Assembly: GCA_041690295.1 (NCBI GenBank)
Contig: JAWLHR010000004.1
Location: forward strand, 20,919-84,918
Source: Bdellovibrionales bacterium
Lineage (GTDB): Bacteria; Bdellovibrionota; Bdellovibrionia; Bdellovibrionales; UBA1609
Reading direction: 5' to 3'
DNA: 64,000 nucleotides
Shown: one piece after another, positions 36,085-45,611 of the stretch
Position numbering within the stretch: position 1 is the first letter of the stretch
Layout: each line of letters opens with the position of its first letter
Notes under the pieces: model-generated
Seen by the model: the letters and a program-made list of their open reading frames with translations, nothing else
Databases searched by the model: none
Told to the model about the DNA's origin: nothing
Program-made: the position numbers and the translations under genes

Positions 36085-37104
36085 ATGAAAAAAAGTTTGT
36101 TGGTTTACCTTCTCATCATCTCTCAAGCCGCATTAGGTGAAAATATCTGTCGGCCGACATCTCGCGAAATGTCGGCCTACTTCGAGCAAAAATCCTGGCG
36201 ATCGACGTCCATCCAGGATGAGAGCGGGGCACCCGCTATCCCTGGCTGGGTGGATGGCAAAAATCGGTTCCATATGGGCAACATAGGCCGCACGGGCGCG
36301 TTCAAGGCTCAGATCACCATTGATCCTGACAACTCCGGGTACAATGAGTTTTTCAAGTATTGTTCGGATTCGGACCGGAGAAGGTATCTTCGGGCCATGC
36401 GCATCGGTGGCGATGGCAACCGTTACAAGGTCACGCTCCGCTTTCTGCCGGAGATCAAAGGATATGCTAATAATCCGTTCCACGATCAGAAGTTCACGGA
36501 AAATGAGCTTCGCTTGAATTTGAAGATCGACGATACGGCCTCCATTTCCACCTATGAAGTTTTCCCTGATCGCGCGAAGAGAGCCGTCTACGACCATATA
36601 TTGGGTCAGCTTCGCGAACAGAAAAACTTTGGTTTGATCGAGCTTGATTTTACAAATTGGGATGACCTGGTTTGTGACATGGCTTTGGGCAAGATTGAAG
36701 TGACGGTGCTTCGCTCAGGTCATTCCTGGGGACCGCTGGTGGAACAGAAAGTGGAATTCGCTTACACGGATCTTCAGATGATTCATCGGCACCTGAACGC
36801 GAATGTTCGCAATATCTGGAGCAAAGAGAAAAACATTTTTATGGCTTCTCGGATTATGACGGAGCTGGAGCGGGATCGCCGAATCGGTGCCTATAAGCCG
36901 GATAAGCTATTTGACGTCCTCCAGCGTCTGATGACGCCAGGTATGGCGGCAATGGGCCAAATCGATGGTGCCGATCTGAATTGCATCGCGGATCAGCTTC
37001 AAAGCTATACCCGTCCGTATATAACGCACGCCATGAGGATCGATTTCAGTTTCTCGAAACTGGATGAACTTCAACCACCCAGTCCACCGGATAAAAAACG
37101 ATGA
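36085..37104 (+). CDS. exported hypothetical protein
   Basis: Signal peptide; operon position. Confidence 0.75.
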   Translation: MKKSLLVYLLIISQAALGENICRPTSREMSAYFEQKSWRSTSIQDESGAPAIPGWVDGKNRFHMGNIGRTGAFKAQITIDPDNSGYNEFFKYCSDSDRRRYLRAMRIGGDGNRYKVTLRFLPEIKGYANNPFHDQKFTENELRLNLKIDDTASISTYEVFPDRAKRAVYDHILGQLREQKNFGLIELDFTNWDDLVCDMALGKIEVTVLRSGHSWGPLVEQKVEFAYTDLQMIHRHLNANVRNIWSKEKNIFMASRIMTELERDRRIGAYKPDKLFDVLQRLMTPGMAAMGQIDGADLNCIADQLQSYTRPYITHAMRIDFSFSKLDELQPPSPPDKKR

Positions 37105-37562
37105 GAATTATAGCCGTCATCATTCTAGGAATTTTTATGGCGGGGTGTGATAACAGCTCCAACACTGGCGGAGGGCCGGTGCCGAATCCGAAAAAGGAGC
37201 CGGTTCCGACGCCCAAGGGCGAGCCTTCATGGGGCGACCTTTGGTGCCAAAGGACAAAGAGCTGTAAGAACGCCATCTTGAATCAGGATTACCAAGTTCT
37301 GGCGAACTTCCTGAGATCGGTTTGGGATGTCAAAAACCCGCCCGGAATTGACAGTGATTGGGCCATATTCTTGTGCGGTTACGAACTGAGTCGTCGTTGG
37401 GACGATTATTTTCACCGTCGAATCGAAGTGGATCCCTCGGATTGGGCCGATTTCCTTCTGGCGGCATTCGAGGTGGAGAGCTGCAGGTTGCATCCTGACA
37501 TCCACCGGAGTTTGCAAACTTATTTCAAAAGCACTGAGGAATTTAAAAATGAAACTAAGTAA
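37101..37562 (+). CDS. hypothetical lipoprotein
   Basis: MAGC lipobox. Confidence 0.7.
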   Translation: MRIIAVIILGIFMAGCDNSSNTGGGPVPNPKKEPVPTPKGEPSWGDLWCQRTKSCKNAILNQDYQVLANFLRSVWDVKNPPGIDSDWAIFLCGYELSRRWDDYFHRRIEVDPSDWADFLLAAFEVESCRLHPDIHRSLQTYFKSTEEFKNETK

Positions 37563-38982
37563 CTTGAAAATATTTGTGTTAACACTCGCGTCGGCACCGC
37601 TCTTCGCGTTCGCCGTGCCTGTTCAATATCCGGAGTGCGCCAAGCACCGCCGGATCAACGATGTGCCCGGGGCGTCTGGCGCCTACTTCAACGAGGATTG
37701 CACAACCATTTATGTTCTGCCTCCGCGCAAAGGCACATTGACCATCACGGGTTATATTCCATCGCCGAATATTGGGCTTCAATGTGAGCGGCTTAAGCAA
37801 ATCGAGCAAGATTCGAGCACCTTGCAGGAAGTCATCGCCATCTACACCAGTCGCATCAAGCGGAATGCGGAAGAGATCAAAAAGATCGAAGAACACCTGA
37901 ACGACGGACTCATTCCCATCGATGAGACGGAGGAAAGCCTTAAAGCGAAAGCCGCCGCGTTAATGGAAGAGATCATGGAGGCCCGATTAAAGATCGTGGA
38001 CATGCAGGATCAGAACGACAAAATGAAACTGAATTTTGCCAAGCGTGAAGGTGGTCGCGGCGGTTTTATTATGGAAAGCCGGTTTTCCGAACTTCTTCAG
38101 GCCTATCGTGCCGCCAATCCAGGGTTGAACGTGGTGGCCATGCCGATCGCGCAGGCTTTTTTGTCGGTTAATGACCAAAAACCTGGTGATCTGGATGAAA
38201 CCGCGATGCCGGCCGTTTTGCGTCTGCGCGCGGTCGGAGTCGATGAGATGCCCCTGTTGCTGGATCCAAGACTTTACATCAATAAAAGTTCAGCCCCGCC
38301 CCATAAGGCGCCTTCCGGAAGCGTGATCTTCGGGGGTTCGCTTTCGGGCGAGGTTATTTTGTCTAATATCGGCGCGTGCGCGGTTCATGAAACCTTGGGC
38401 GGAGCCCGTAAGTTCCGCATTTCATCGCTGAACAAGTATCGATATATCACGGCTTCCGCGGCTTACACCTATCAGGTGCAGGTGACTCGTAAACACACGA
38501 TTCGCTACAACTTCAAAGAACTGGTTCGAATGATCCATGAGCAGGTCAAAAGAGGTGGATTCTTCAGAACCGAAACTTTGAATAGTTTGATCGATGAGCG
38601 AAGAACCGGCGCCTGGCTTGAGTTTATTGTCGAGTCGACCGACGGACGTTTTGAATATAGCGACGAATATATCCGCCAGGTCAAAAAGGAGTTTTTGGAT
38701 CGGGCATTGGCTCAGATCGTCTCGGTTCAAACGGGTTCACCAACGGCCTTACTGGCGTTGATCGAGCCTGGCAAAAACGGGGCCAGCGAAGGCGCGGATC
38801 AGCTGGGCAAGTGTGTGCATCTTTATTGCCAAATGGGATCGGCTGGACTCCGGGTTCTGAATTCCATCTTCGGAAGTACAAGTGCTGTGTCGAAATTGCT
38901 CAAATCGGTGAGTGGCGAAATGGTGGAAACGGTGATCGAGAAGAAAATGATTCCGGTTTATGACACCTACGGATTCGAGTGA
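37549..38982 (+). CDS. exported coiled-coil hypothetical protein B (paralogue of 34556..36082)
   Basis: Signal peptide; YFNEDCTTIYVLPP; coiled coil; KRGGFF. Confidence 0.8.
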   Translation: MKLSNLKIFVLTLASAPLFAFAVPVQYPECAKHRRINDVPGASGAYFNEDCTTIYVLPPRKGTLTITGYIPSPNIGLQCERLKQIEQDSSTLQEVIAIYTSRIKRNAEEIKKIEEHLNDGLIPIDETEESLKAKAAALMEEIMEARLKIVDMQDQNDKMKLNFAKREGGRGGFIMESRFSELLQAYRAANPGLNVVAMPIAQAFLSVNDQKPGDLDETAMPAVLRLRAVGVDEMPLLLDPRLYINKSSAPPHKAPSGSVIFGGSLSGEVILSNIGACAVHETLGGARKFRISSLNKYRYITASAAYTYQVQVTRKHTIRYNFKELVRMIHEQVKRGGFFRTETLNSLIDERRTGAWLEFIVESTDGRFEYSDEYIRQVKKEFLDRALAQIVSVQTGSPTALLALIEPGKNGASEGADQLGKCVHLYCQMGSAGLRVLNSIFGSTSAVSKLLKSVSGEMVETVIEKKMIPVYDTYGFE

Positions 38983-39008
38983 CGAGCGTTTAGCCAAGGG
39001 GATGGGGT

Positions 39009-39530
39009 ATGTTATCGGTGATTTTGGCGCTCGCTTTGACGGCGAGCGCCCAACAGCCACTCACGGTGACGGACGTGCAGTTTCGTGCGCCGGAGAGGGC
39101 GGCGTCCTGCGGCCTTCTCCGGCAGCGCGAAAAAGAGCGTTTAAAAGTTATTCGCGAATTAAGTTTCTTAACCCAAAAACCCGGCACCATTGATGACCGG
39201 TCGACCTACGAGTATTGGCTTAAAAAACTTTTTATGCCCCCGGAAGACTGGATCGAGTTGTCGACCGAGGTGGTGATGACCGTCATAGCGCCTGAAAAAT
39301 TGCGCTTGCAGGCGCAAACGGAAGGGTTGGGATCGGTCTTTTTGATCACTCGGGGTCCGGGCTTTGTCTGGCAATCCTATGCCGATCAGTTACCGCCGGA
39401 AATGTCCATCGAGCTTGATGGCGAATATCTCATCGTCCGTTATTTCACGTATCTGACCACGGTGTGCGATCCCAATTTGCAACCCGTAACCATCGATTGG
39501 GTGGAAGATCCTTACTCGCTTCTCGAATGA
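39009..39530 (+). CDS. exported hypothetical protein
   Basis: Signal peptide ..TASA; last gene of the operon. Confidence 0.7.
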   Translation: MLSVILALALTASAQQPLTVTDVQFRAPERAASCGLLRQREKERLKVIRELSFLTQKPGTIDDRSTYEYWLKKLFMPPEDWIELSTEVVMTVIAPEKLRLQAQTEGLGSVFLITRGPGFVWQSYADQLPPEMSIELDGEYLIVRYFTYLTTVCDPNLQPVTIDWVEDPYSLLE

Positions 39531-39673
39531 GACCAACCAGGGGCCTTTGCCCTTGGCTGGTCAAGCCTCTTCGTTCAATAAAATTCATGTTTTGACCTGA
39601 TCGATGGTAAAAAATTGTTCAAATTTGACTGGCGAGCCAGGTAGACTGATCGGCTAAACCCGGGAATTCACGT

Positions 39674-39877
39674 ATGGAAATTACGATTGCTATTGTTGTC
39701 TTCATGGTCGTCAGCGGTTTCGGCGCCTATCTCTACTTGATGATTCGCCATCCGGAGTGGGTCGGTATTACCGGAGACTCCGCCCGCAAAACAATGGATG
39801 AACACCAGGAAGGGGTCCCAGTGGATGATTCGGACCCCTTTTCCAGTGTGGAACAAAAACAAGATAAAAAAGACTAA
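39674..39877 (+). CDS. small single-TM protein
   Basis: N-terminal TM, HPEWVGITG. Confidence 0.6.
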   Translation: MEITIAIVVFMVVSGFGAYLYLMIRHPEWVGITGDSARKTMDEHQEGVPVDDSDPFSSVEQKQDKKD

Positions 39878-40506
39878 AACTTCTTGGGAAACTGCTTGGC
39901 GATTCCATCCACGAGCGCGTCGGCGATCGTGTACATATGAGCTTTCATGTCTTTCCAGGTTTTAGCTTCACCCTGGTAATCTTTTTTCTGAACCTGATTG
40001 ATTTGCTGGACATGATGGCCGCCGTGGGCGGAGAGAAGCGCGATCAATGTGCTTTTCGGCAAATTGGGATTGGCGCCACTCAGAAAATCCGCGATGGCGG
40101 TGGCGTTTGATGTCAGTTTCTCAGTGGCGGTTTTTTGATCCTTGGATTTCGGTGAAGGAATGGTCGCGTTCATATAGTCTTTAATCGCCGTGTAGTGACC
40201 CGCGAGAAGTTCAAAGAGTTTTTCGGACGCGGGTTTTCCGTAAAAAGGCTCGATCACGCCCGCGATTTGTTTGGCGTTCTCGACCGCCTGAGCCTCCGCG
40301 GTCTCTTGAACGTTTTTATTTTTGTTGGCGGTGGCCATGACCACACTGCGAACCCAGAAAATATGGTCCACCCATAAATCACGCATGGTCATTTTCGTGG
40401 CCACGACTTTTGATGTTCCGTGCGCGCCTTCGTGCCCCGAAGCGGCGAACGCGGTGAACGTGCAGCTTGTGACAAGACCAATGAGAATCGCCTTAATGGT
40501 TGTCAT
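39874..40506 (-). CDS. exported His-containing helical-bundle protein (LWxDHxxWxR family)
   Basis: MRDLWVDHIFWVR, FYG, LAGH, IADFLSGANPNL, QFP. Confidence 0.7.
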   Translation of the reverse strand: MTTIKAILIGLVTSCTFTAFAASGHEGAHGTSKVVATKMTMRDLWVDHIFWVRSVVMATANKNKNVQETAEAQAVENAKQIAGVIEPFYGKPASEKLFELLAGHYTAIKDYMNATIPSPKSKDQKTATEKLTSNATAIADFLSGANPNLPKSTLIALLSAHGGHHVQQINQVQKKDYQGEAKTWKDMKAHMYTIADALVDGIAKQFPKKF

Positions 40507-40604
40507 TGTGACTCCTTTTTTGAGGTGTAACTTTTTTTGAGATGGTACGCCCGCGGCGCGCGCATGAAAAACTGTCTAAATTGTTTAAATTCCAGGTCGC
40601 GCTC

Positions 40605-41903
40605 TTAGGAGCTCATGAGCGAACGAAACTCGTTGCGCAGTTCGGGAAAAAGAATCGTGGCTTTGTAGATCACCTGTTCGGCGGCGGTTTCTTTCTTTTG
40701 TTCGATGAGCAGGCCGATCACGGTGCGGCAAATGGACGGAGTCGCCAATCCATCGTCGATGAGCTTTTTGCCTTTCTGGATCAATTCCCACGGGCTCATG
40801 TGGCCCTTGCACGCTTCAAAATCCGCTTCAATGTAGGCCGCGCTGGTTTGGGCCTCGGGAGGATACATTTTCACGAACTCTTGCGCCTGATCAGCGTGCC
40901 CGCCGCGAATCAAGGCATTGGTGATCTTCTGCAGGGCTTCGGGATTGCGTTGCGAAGTCGTGGCGGCTTTTTTGAATTGGGAGATCGCCTGTTCCAGATC
41001 GTTTTCTTTCAAGAAGAGTCGCCCGCTGGAGATGAACGCTTCCGTCACGACTTTGATCAATCGCAAAGGGCGGCGGTCCAGCTCCACGAAACGCTGATGA
41101 TAAAGGTCCAGATCGCGGAAATTGCCGGTGAAAATAGCGAGGATAAAAATCTTCTCCAAGGTGGCCGGCGAAACCGGAAAGTTTTCGTAAATTAATCGCA
41201 GCGTTTCGTAGGCTTTGGCGTAGTCTTTGCGCTCGAAGAGTATGTCGAATTCACCTTGCAGGCATTTGTAATGGAGTTGATTGTGTTTGCGTCCCTCGCG
41301 GAAACTGGCCAGCGCCCCATCGGGATCATTCAGCAGCTTGAGGGCCAGTCCATGAAAGTAGCAGGCGAGCGCGGGTTTTGGATCCAGGGTTTTGGCCGCG
41401 GCCAAAACCTCAGCGGCTTTCTTGGCATCTCCGTCCTTGAGCCATTTTCGCCCTTCCATAGTTTTCTGGGAGTAAGGCGAAGGCTTCATCTTTTTTTCGA
41501 TGATGTTGACCAGAAGATCGGTCAGTTGCTTGATTGTGAACGGTTTCAGAACATAGCCGTCCACGTCGCCTTCGGCGGCTTCGGCGATGGTCGAATCATT
41601 GTTGTTCGCGGTGGAAAGAAGGAAAATGCGATCGTGGGAATCGTCGATCACCTGCGCTTGCCTTTCGGCGAGCTCAAGGCCAAAGCCCGTTCCAATTTGA
41701 TATTCCGAAACAATGACGTGGCACGCCGAACGAAGATGTTGCGCGGCCTTGTCAAAGTCGTTCTCACGGTGAATTTGGCCGGGTTCACAGCCCAGCGCGA
41801 CCAAGACCTGATGGATAATCGTCGACGCCGAAGGCGAAGGTTCCGCGATCAGAACCTTTTTTCCTTTGAAGAATGATGGGAAAGATTTTTCGGCTTTCGA
41901 CAT
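40605..41903 (-). CDS. atypical receiver domain + TPR repeat protein
   Basis: KVLIAEPS..VIVSEYQI..GLEL..YVLKPFT, followed by TPR helices. Confidence 0.8.
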   Translation of the reverse strand: MSKAEKSFPSFFKGKKVLIAEPSPSASTIIHQVLVALGCEPGQIHRENDFDKAAQHLRSACHVIVSEYQIGTGFGLELAERQAQVIDDSHDRIFLLSTANNNDSTIAEAAEGDVDGYVLKPFTIKQLTDLLVNIIEKKMKPSPYSQKTMEGRKWLKDGDAKKAAEVLAAAKTLDPKPALACYFHGLALKLLNDPDGALASFREGRKHNQLHYKCLQGEFDILFERKDYAKAYETLRLIYENFPVSPATLEKIFILAIFTGNFRDLDLYHQRFVELDRRPLRLIKVVTEAFISSGRLFLKENDLEQAISQFKKAATTSQRNPEALQKITNALIRGGHADQAQEFVKMYPPEAQTSAAYIEADFEACKGHMSPWELIQKGKKLIDDGLATPSICRTVIGLLIEQKKETAAEQVIYKATILFPELRNEFRSLMSS

Positions 41904-42292
41904 CAGTCCTGGCCCTTAATGGAGTTCACGACTTGAGTGACATTGTCCTGTCTTGATTCTAGCTTCTGAAGAAGTTGGTTCCACTGATCTTTATCATATT
42001 CCAGGAATTCCACGGCGACCAGGATTTGATCCTGTGTGGCGGTCGTCGATGTGATCTTACCCGTGGCCTTCATTTCTTCGGCGGTGTCTTTTTCCGAGAT
42101 AATCAAATTGATCGTGACCAACTGACCGCTGGCGCACGAGCCTTTTGGCAATGTCACCTGAAATCCGTTTGTAAAAAGACCGGAAGTTTCCAGGTTTCGC
42201 TGATTTTTCGGAATGAGACTAATTTCAGTGGCCGTGTTCTTGAGTAAGGAAATACGGACGGTCGGATTGAAGATGCGTGTGGCTTTTAGCAT
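41903..42292 (-). CDS. PilZ-like hypothetical protein
   Basis: Beta-barrel-like pattern ..ATGKI..VEFLEYDKDQW; start refined using upstream sigma28 site. Confidence 0.55.
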   Translation of the reverse strand: MLKATRIFNPTVRISLLKNTATEISLIPKNQRNLETSGLFTNGFQVTLPKGSCASGQLVTINLIISEKDTAEEMKATGKITSTTATQDQILVAVEFLEYDKDQWNQLLQKLESRQDNVTQVVNSIKGQD

Positions 42293-42323
42293 GATCTCGC
42301 TGTTGAGTTGTCTGAGTTCTTCT

Positions 42324-42350
42324 TCTTCGGCGATGAGGATCGAAGTTTTA
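42324..42350 (-). promoter_or_regulatory. putative sigma28 (FliA) promoter
   Basis: TAAA-N15-GCCGAAGA on minus strand. Confidence 0.55.
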
Positions 42351-42376
42351 CGTGCTTTAAGCACCGATGGTGCTGA

Positions 42377-42401
42377 ATCCCCGGGAGGCAATCCCGGGGA
42401 T
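42377..42401. terminator. GC-rich hairpin downstream of 42415..42924
   Basis: ATCCCCGGGA-ggcaa-TCCCGGGGAT perfect 10-bp stem; no U-tract. Confidence 0.45.
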
Positions 42402-42414
42402 CCAAAGCTGGATA

Positions 42415-42924
42415 TTAGTCGCGACGCAATTCGCTGATTTCAACGTAGTCAAAACCAGCATTGAAGCCGACTCCGCGAACAAGCTGGAGTGAGCCATTCA
42501 AAGTGAGCGAGCGGTGAGTTCCATGAAGCGCCAATTGGAGACCGCCTCCGACGCCCAAAGCTCCGTGAACACCGGCGACAACGTAACCGCCTAAGAAATC
42601 ATAGGGCGAACGAGCGAATCCGACTCCGGAAGCCACACCGCGAACCACCATGTGGCCAATACCGATGGACGGCGAAAGCGGATAACCGCCCAGGCGAACA
42701 TGAACGGGAAGCCGTTCAATGTTTCCACGGGAATCGTAGCAAGTGATGGTGCCACGGCCATTGAGTTCGTAGTTGCCGATGAAAAGACGTACACCGCCGC
42801 CTTTGGCTTTGAAGGTCAGATCGCACATGAAATGAGCGCCGCGTGGTGTGCGGGCCTCAGCCACATTTAAGCCTAGCGCAAGAGCCAGTAATCCGATCGT
42901 GCTGAATAACGTTCGCATAGCCAT
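42415..42924 (-). CDS. exported Gly-rich beta-strand hypothetical protein
   Basis: Signal peptide; two Cys; alternating Gly/hydrophobic strands. Confidence 0.7.
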   Translation of the reverse strand: MAMRTLFSTIGLLALALGLNVAEARTPRGAHFMCDLTFKAKGGGVRLFIGNYELNGRGTITCYDSRGNIERLPVHVRLGGYPLSPSIGIGHMVVRGVASGVGFARSPYDFLGGYVVAGVHGALGVGGGLQLALHGTHRSLTLNGSLQLVRGVGFNAGFDYVEISELRRD

Positions 42925-43060
42925 TTACTCCCCTGTATTGTTGTTGATTTGCCTAGATAGAAGGCAAGCTTGTCGCTCGTTTGCCAAGAAAAAGAAACGG
43001 AGTCAACGGACTTGGTTTTATGGGGCGGGTCGCCCATTGTTTCAGTTTAGATACAGCGAG

Positions 43061-43924
43061 TTAATTGAAAGCCGGTTCGGGTTCGTGGACACTCACCTTA
43101 TTCCCTTTGAATTCGATGACATGGGAAGGATCCCAGATCAGTGTGAGGCTGAGGTAAGAGTGCGGTAGGCTCATCAACATTTGTTGTATGGCCGCTAACA
43201 TTTCCGGTTGGCTGACGTAATTGAAATCATAACCGCTATCACGCAAGTCGATCACCGTTCGAATCTCACGGTCATAAGAAGTGCCGAGAAAGCCGAAGAG
43301 GGAGCCGAGGAGAGAGGCCCGGGATAAATGCCGGTGGTAAACCGCGCTCACGATGTCGTTTCGCTTTGGCGCTTGCAGATTGTTGACGAGCACGAACCAT
43401 TCGACCGGCGTGGGAATTTTCTCGTAATTGTAGGCGAATCGAAGTTTCAGCTTTTTGATCAAAGCTTCAATGTTCATTTCGGTGGCCCGTGAGGCGATGT
43501 ATTTCAACGAGATGTTCACGAACGGCCGACCAAAGCCATCGGCCAGGAAACCATCAAACAGCGGGACGGCCAGGCCGTCATAGATGCCCGTGAAAACGAA
43601 ATTCTGACCGTGACGGCGGTAAACAAACTCAGCGTAATCCCGAGCCGTGCGGAGTTCATGATCCGCGTGGCGCTTTTCATCGAGCCGCTCGAGGAGGTAC
43701 ATGGCCGGCGTTACTTTATCGCGGAACACATTCAGGGTGGTTTCACCGACGTCACCGACGTTCTCGGTGCGGATGCGAATGGACGGGCGGGCGCCTTCCT
43801 CCAGATCCAGTTTGACTTTAGCGATTGGATAATGATTGAGCGCGTGCTCGCAGCGGCGCGCGGCCCAAACAGGCTGGGCACCAAGGCTGACCAAAATTAT
43901 GGCATTGCTGAAAATTCTTCTCAT
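43061..43924 (-). CDS. exported protein with possible PD-(D/E)xK-like nuclease motif
   Basis: Signal peptide ..VWA, RCEHAL, PLFDGF...NISLK. Confidence 0.55.
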   Translation of the reverse strand: MRRIFSNAIILVSLGAQPVWAARRCEHALNHYPIAKVKLDLEEGARPSIRIRTENVGDVGETTLNVFRDKVTPAMYLLERLDEKRHADHELRTARDYAEFVYRRHGQNFVFTGIYDGLAVPLFDGFLADGFGRPFVNISLKYIASRATEMNIEALIKKLKLRFAYNYEKIPTPVEWFVLVNNLQAPKRNDIVSAVYHRHLSRASLLGSLFGFLGTSYDREIRTVIDLRDSGYDFNYVSQPEMLAAIQQMLMSLPHSYLSLTLIWDPSHVIEFKGNKVSVHEPEPAFN

Positions 43925-44049
43925 GTGAGAGGTGGCGGACCCTATCAAAAGTTTAATAGCTGGCAAAGATGCAATCCCCATGCAGCGTCAGTCAATTTCC
44001 TTGTTTGCATTGATGAGCCCGAAGCGATTAACTTAGACACCTGAAAAGT

Positions 44050-44475
44050 ATGAAACAACCGTGGTGGAAAGACGGGATTCGTTTTCAGTGTCAAGGTTCA
44101 GGTAAGTGCTGCGTTTCGCGCGGGGAGTATGGTTCCGTCTATCTGACTCTTGAGGATCGGCGCCGGTTGGCGCGCCATTTTAATCTGTCGACCAAGGAAT
44201 TCACTAAAATTTACTGCCAAAACTCAGATGGTTTCTGGGAGCTTAAGAACCAAAGGAATGACTGCGTTTTCCTTAAAGGGTCGGGTTGTTCAGTCTATGA
44301 GTCGCGTCCCACTCAATGCCGAACGTGGCCGTTTTGGCCGGAAAATATGAGCCCCAAGGCATGGAAAAAAGAGGTGCAAGAGTTTTGTCCTGGGGTCGGC
44401 AAGGGCCGGCTTTGGTCGGCTGAGGAAATTCGAGAGCAGATTAAAATCCAAAGCCAAAGCGAAGCCAAACTTTAA
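44050..44475 (+). CDS. YkgJ-family cysteine-cluster protein
   Basis: FQCQGSGKCC, CVFL, CSVYESRPTQCRTWPFW, CPG. Confidence 0.88.
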   Translation: MKQPWWKDGIRFQCQGSGKCCVSRGEYGSVYLTLEDRRRLARHFNLSTKEFTKIYCQNSDGFWELKNQRNDCVFLKGSGCSVYESRPTQCRTWPFWPENMSPKAWKKEVQEFCPGVGKGRLWSAEEIREQIKIQSQSEAKL

Positions 44476-44476
44476 A

Positions 44477-45442
44477 GAACTGCCCCACTAGCCTGCAGCT
44501 AAAGGCCCAGCCCGAATCATATTGTTGTGATAAACCGCATAGATGGCGAGATGAAGGCGCAATCTATTAGGAATCTTCGTTGTGCACCAAGTCTTCCGCA
44601 CTAACCTATTGATATTGGCTCGAAGCATCGCATACGTGTGATTCAAACTAAAAAGCGGATCAAATCGGATCTTCTTTAACTCCCCCTGTCCGACAATCGA
44701 ACCTCTTTGCCCTTTAAAGCGCTCATGTAGATTTTCAGGAAAGTGACGCCTTAGAATTACCGGATACATTGGATTTTGATCGGATTTGAATTGTACATCT
44801 GGCGTGGTGAGTGACTTTAAACTCTCACAAAGTTCACTCAATGCTTTCGGCCTGAAATCTGGTCTTGGGCCATATTTTTTTGTGAGATGCGGGCGAGCTT
44901 TCCTTTGGCCGGCATCTGGACCACCTGGAAGGCCAAGATTCTTCTGGTCTTTGATTCAACGGCTAGTGGAACGGAAAGTGGTTTACACTTTGTGTGCTCG
45001 AAGGTTTCAAGCTCATCAAATTCAACAACAGTGGCCAGGGGACTGGATTTGTTTTGATGTTCAAGTTCATGCACTGCTTTTTGGCCAAGAAAAAGAAATT
45101 TTCGTTCAACTGTAGTTCGGGAAATGTGAAGCAGTTTTGCGATTCGGCGCTGAGATACGCTTGAAGCTAAAAGTTTGTTGATGCGGTGATTGAGGTGGCG
45201 CTTTTTTTGCCTAAAGCAGGGGTGAAAGGTGGCATAAGAAAAGTATCTAGAGCAGCTAACGCAATAAAATCTTCGCACTCTTTTACCGTCGGAGGTTCGG
45301 CGAAAAAATCCGGCTTTTAGAATACGCATCCGGCGATCGGACATGTCTGGGGATGAGTTACAATAAGGGCAGCTTGGTCGCATGCCCTGTGGTAAAGGGC
45401 AAAATTCTCTCCAGGATTTTCTGCAGGCTAGTGGGGCAGTTC
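44477..45442 (-). mobile_element. IS1-like insertion sequence, 966 bp, perfect 22-bp terminal inverted repeats
   Basis: GAACTGCCCCACTAGCCTGCAG at 44477-44498 and its exact reverse complement at 45421-45442. Confidence 0.8.
44488..45383 (-). pseudogene. IS1-like transposase (Zn ribbon-HTH-DDE) split by a frameshift at the A7 run 44875-44881
   Basis: CPYC..CVSC, SQRRIAKLLHISRTTV, FDELET; the -1 frame continues YGPRPD..SDQ..NHTYAMLR..RLVRKTWC. Confidence 0.7.
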
Positions 45443-45611
45443 CAAATTGCCTAGGGATCAGCCAGTCCGGCGCCAATTTGCGGCTCTTTCGTAAAAATCG
45501 GCGATCGGGCGGCCTAGGCTCCAATAGATTCGTTTATAGACCGTAAAAAACCGATTTATCCGGCACAAATGTTGTTCTCTTGTCTCCATGGAGAAAAAGA
45601 CAGGAGCTTTT

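Noticed and set aside
45561..45576. Sigma54 box CGGCAC-AAATG-TTGTT before the repeat lipoprotein
   Set aside because: -12 element is GT rather than GC; too weak to call
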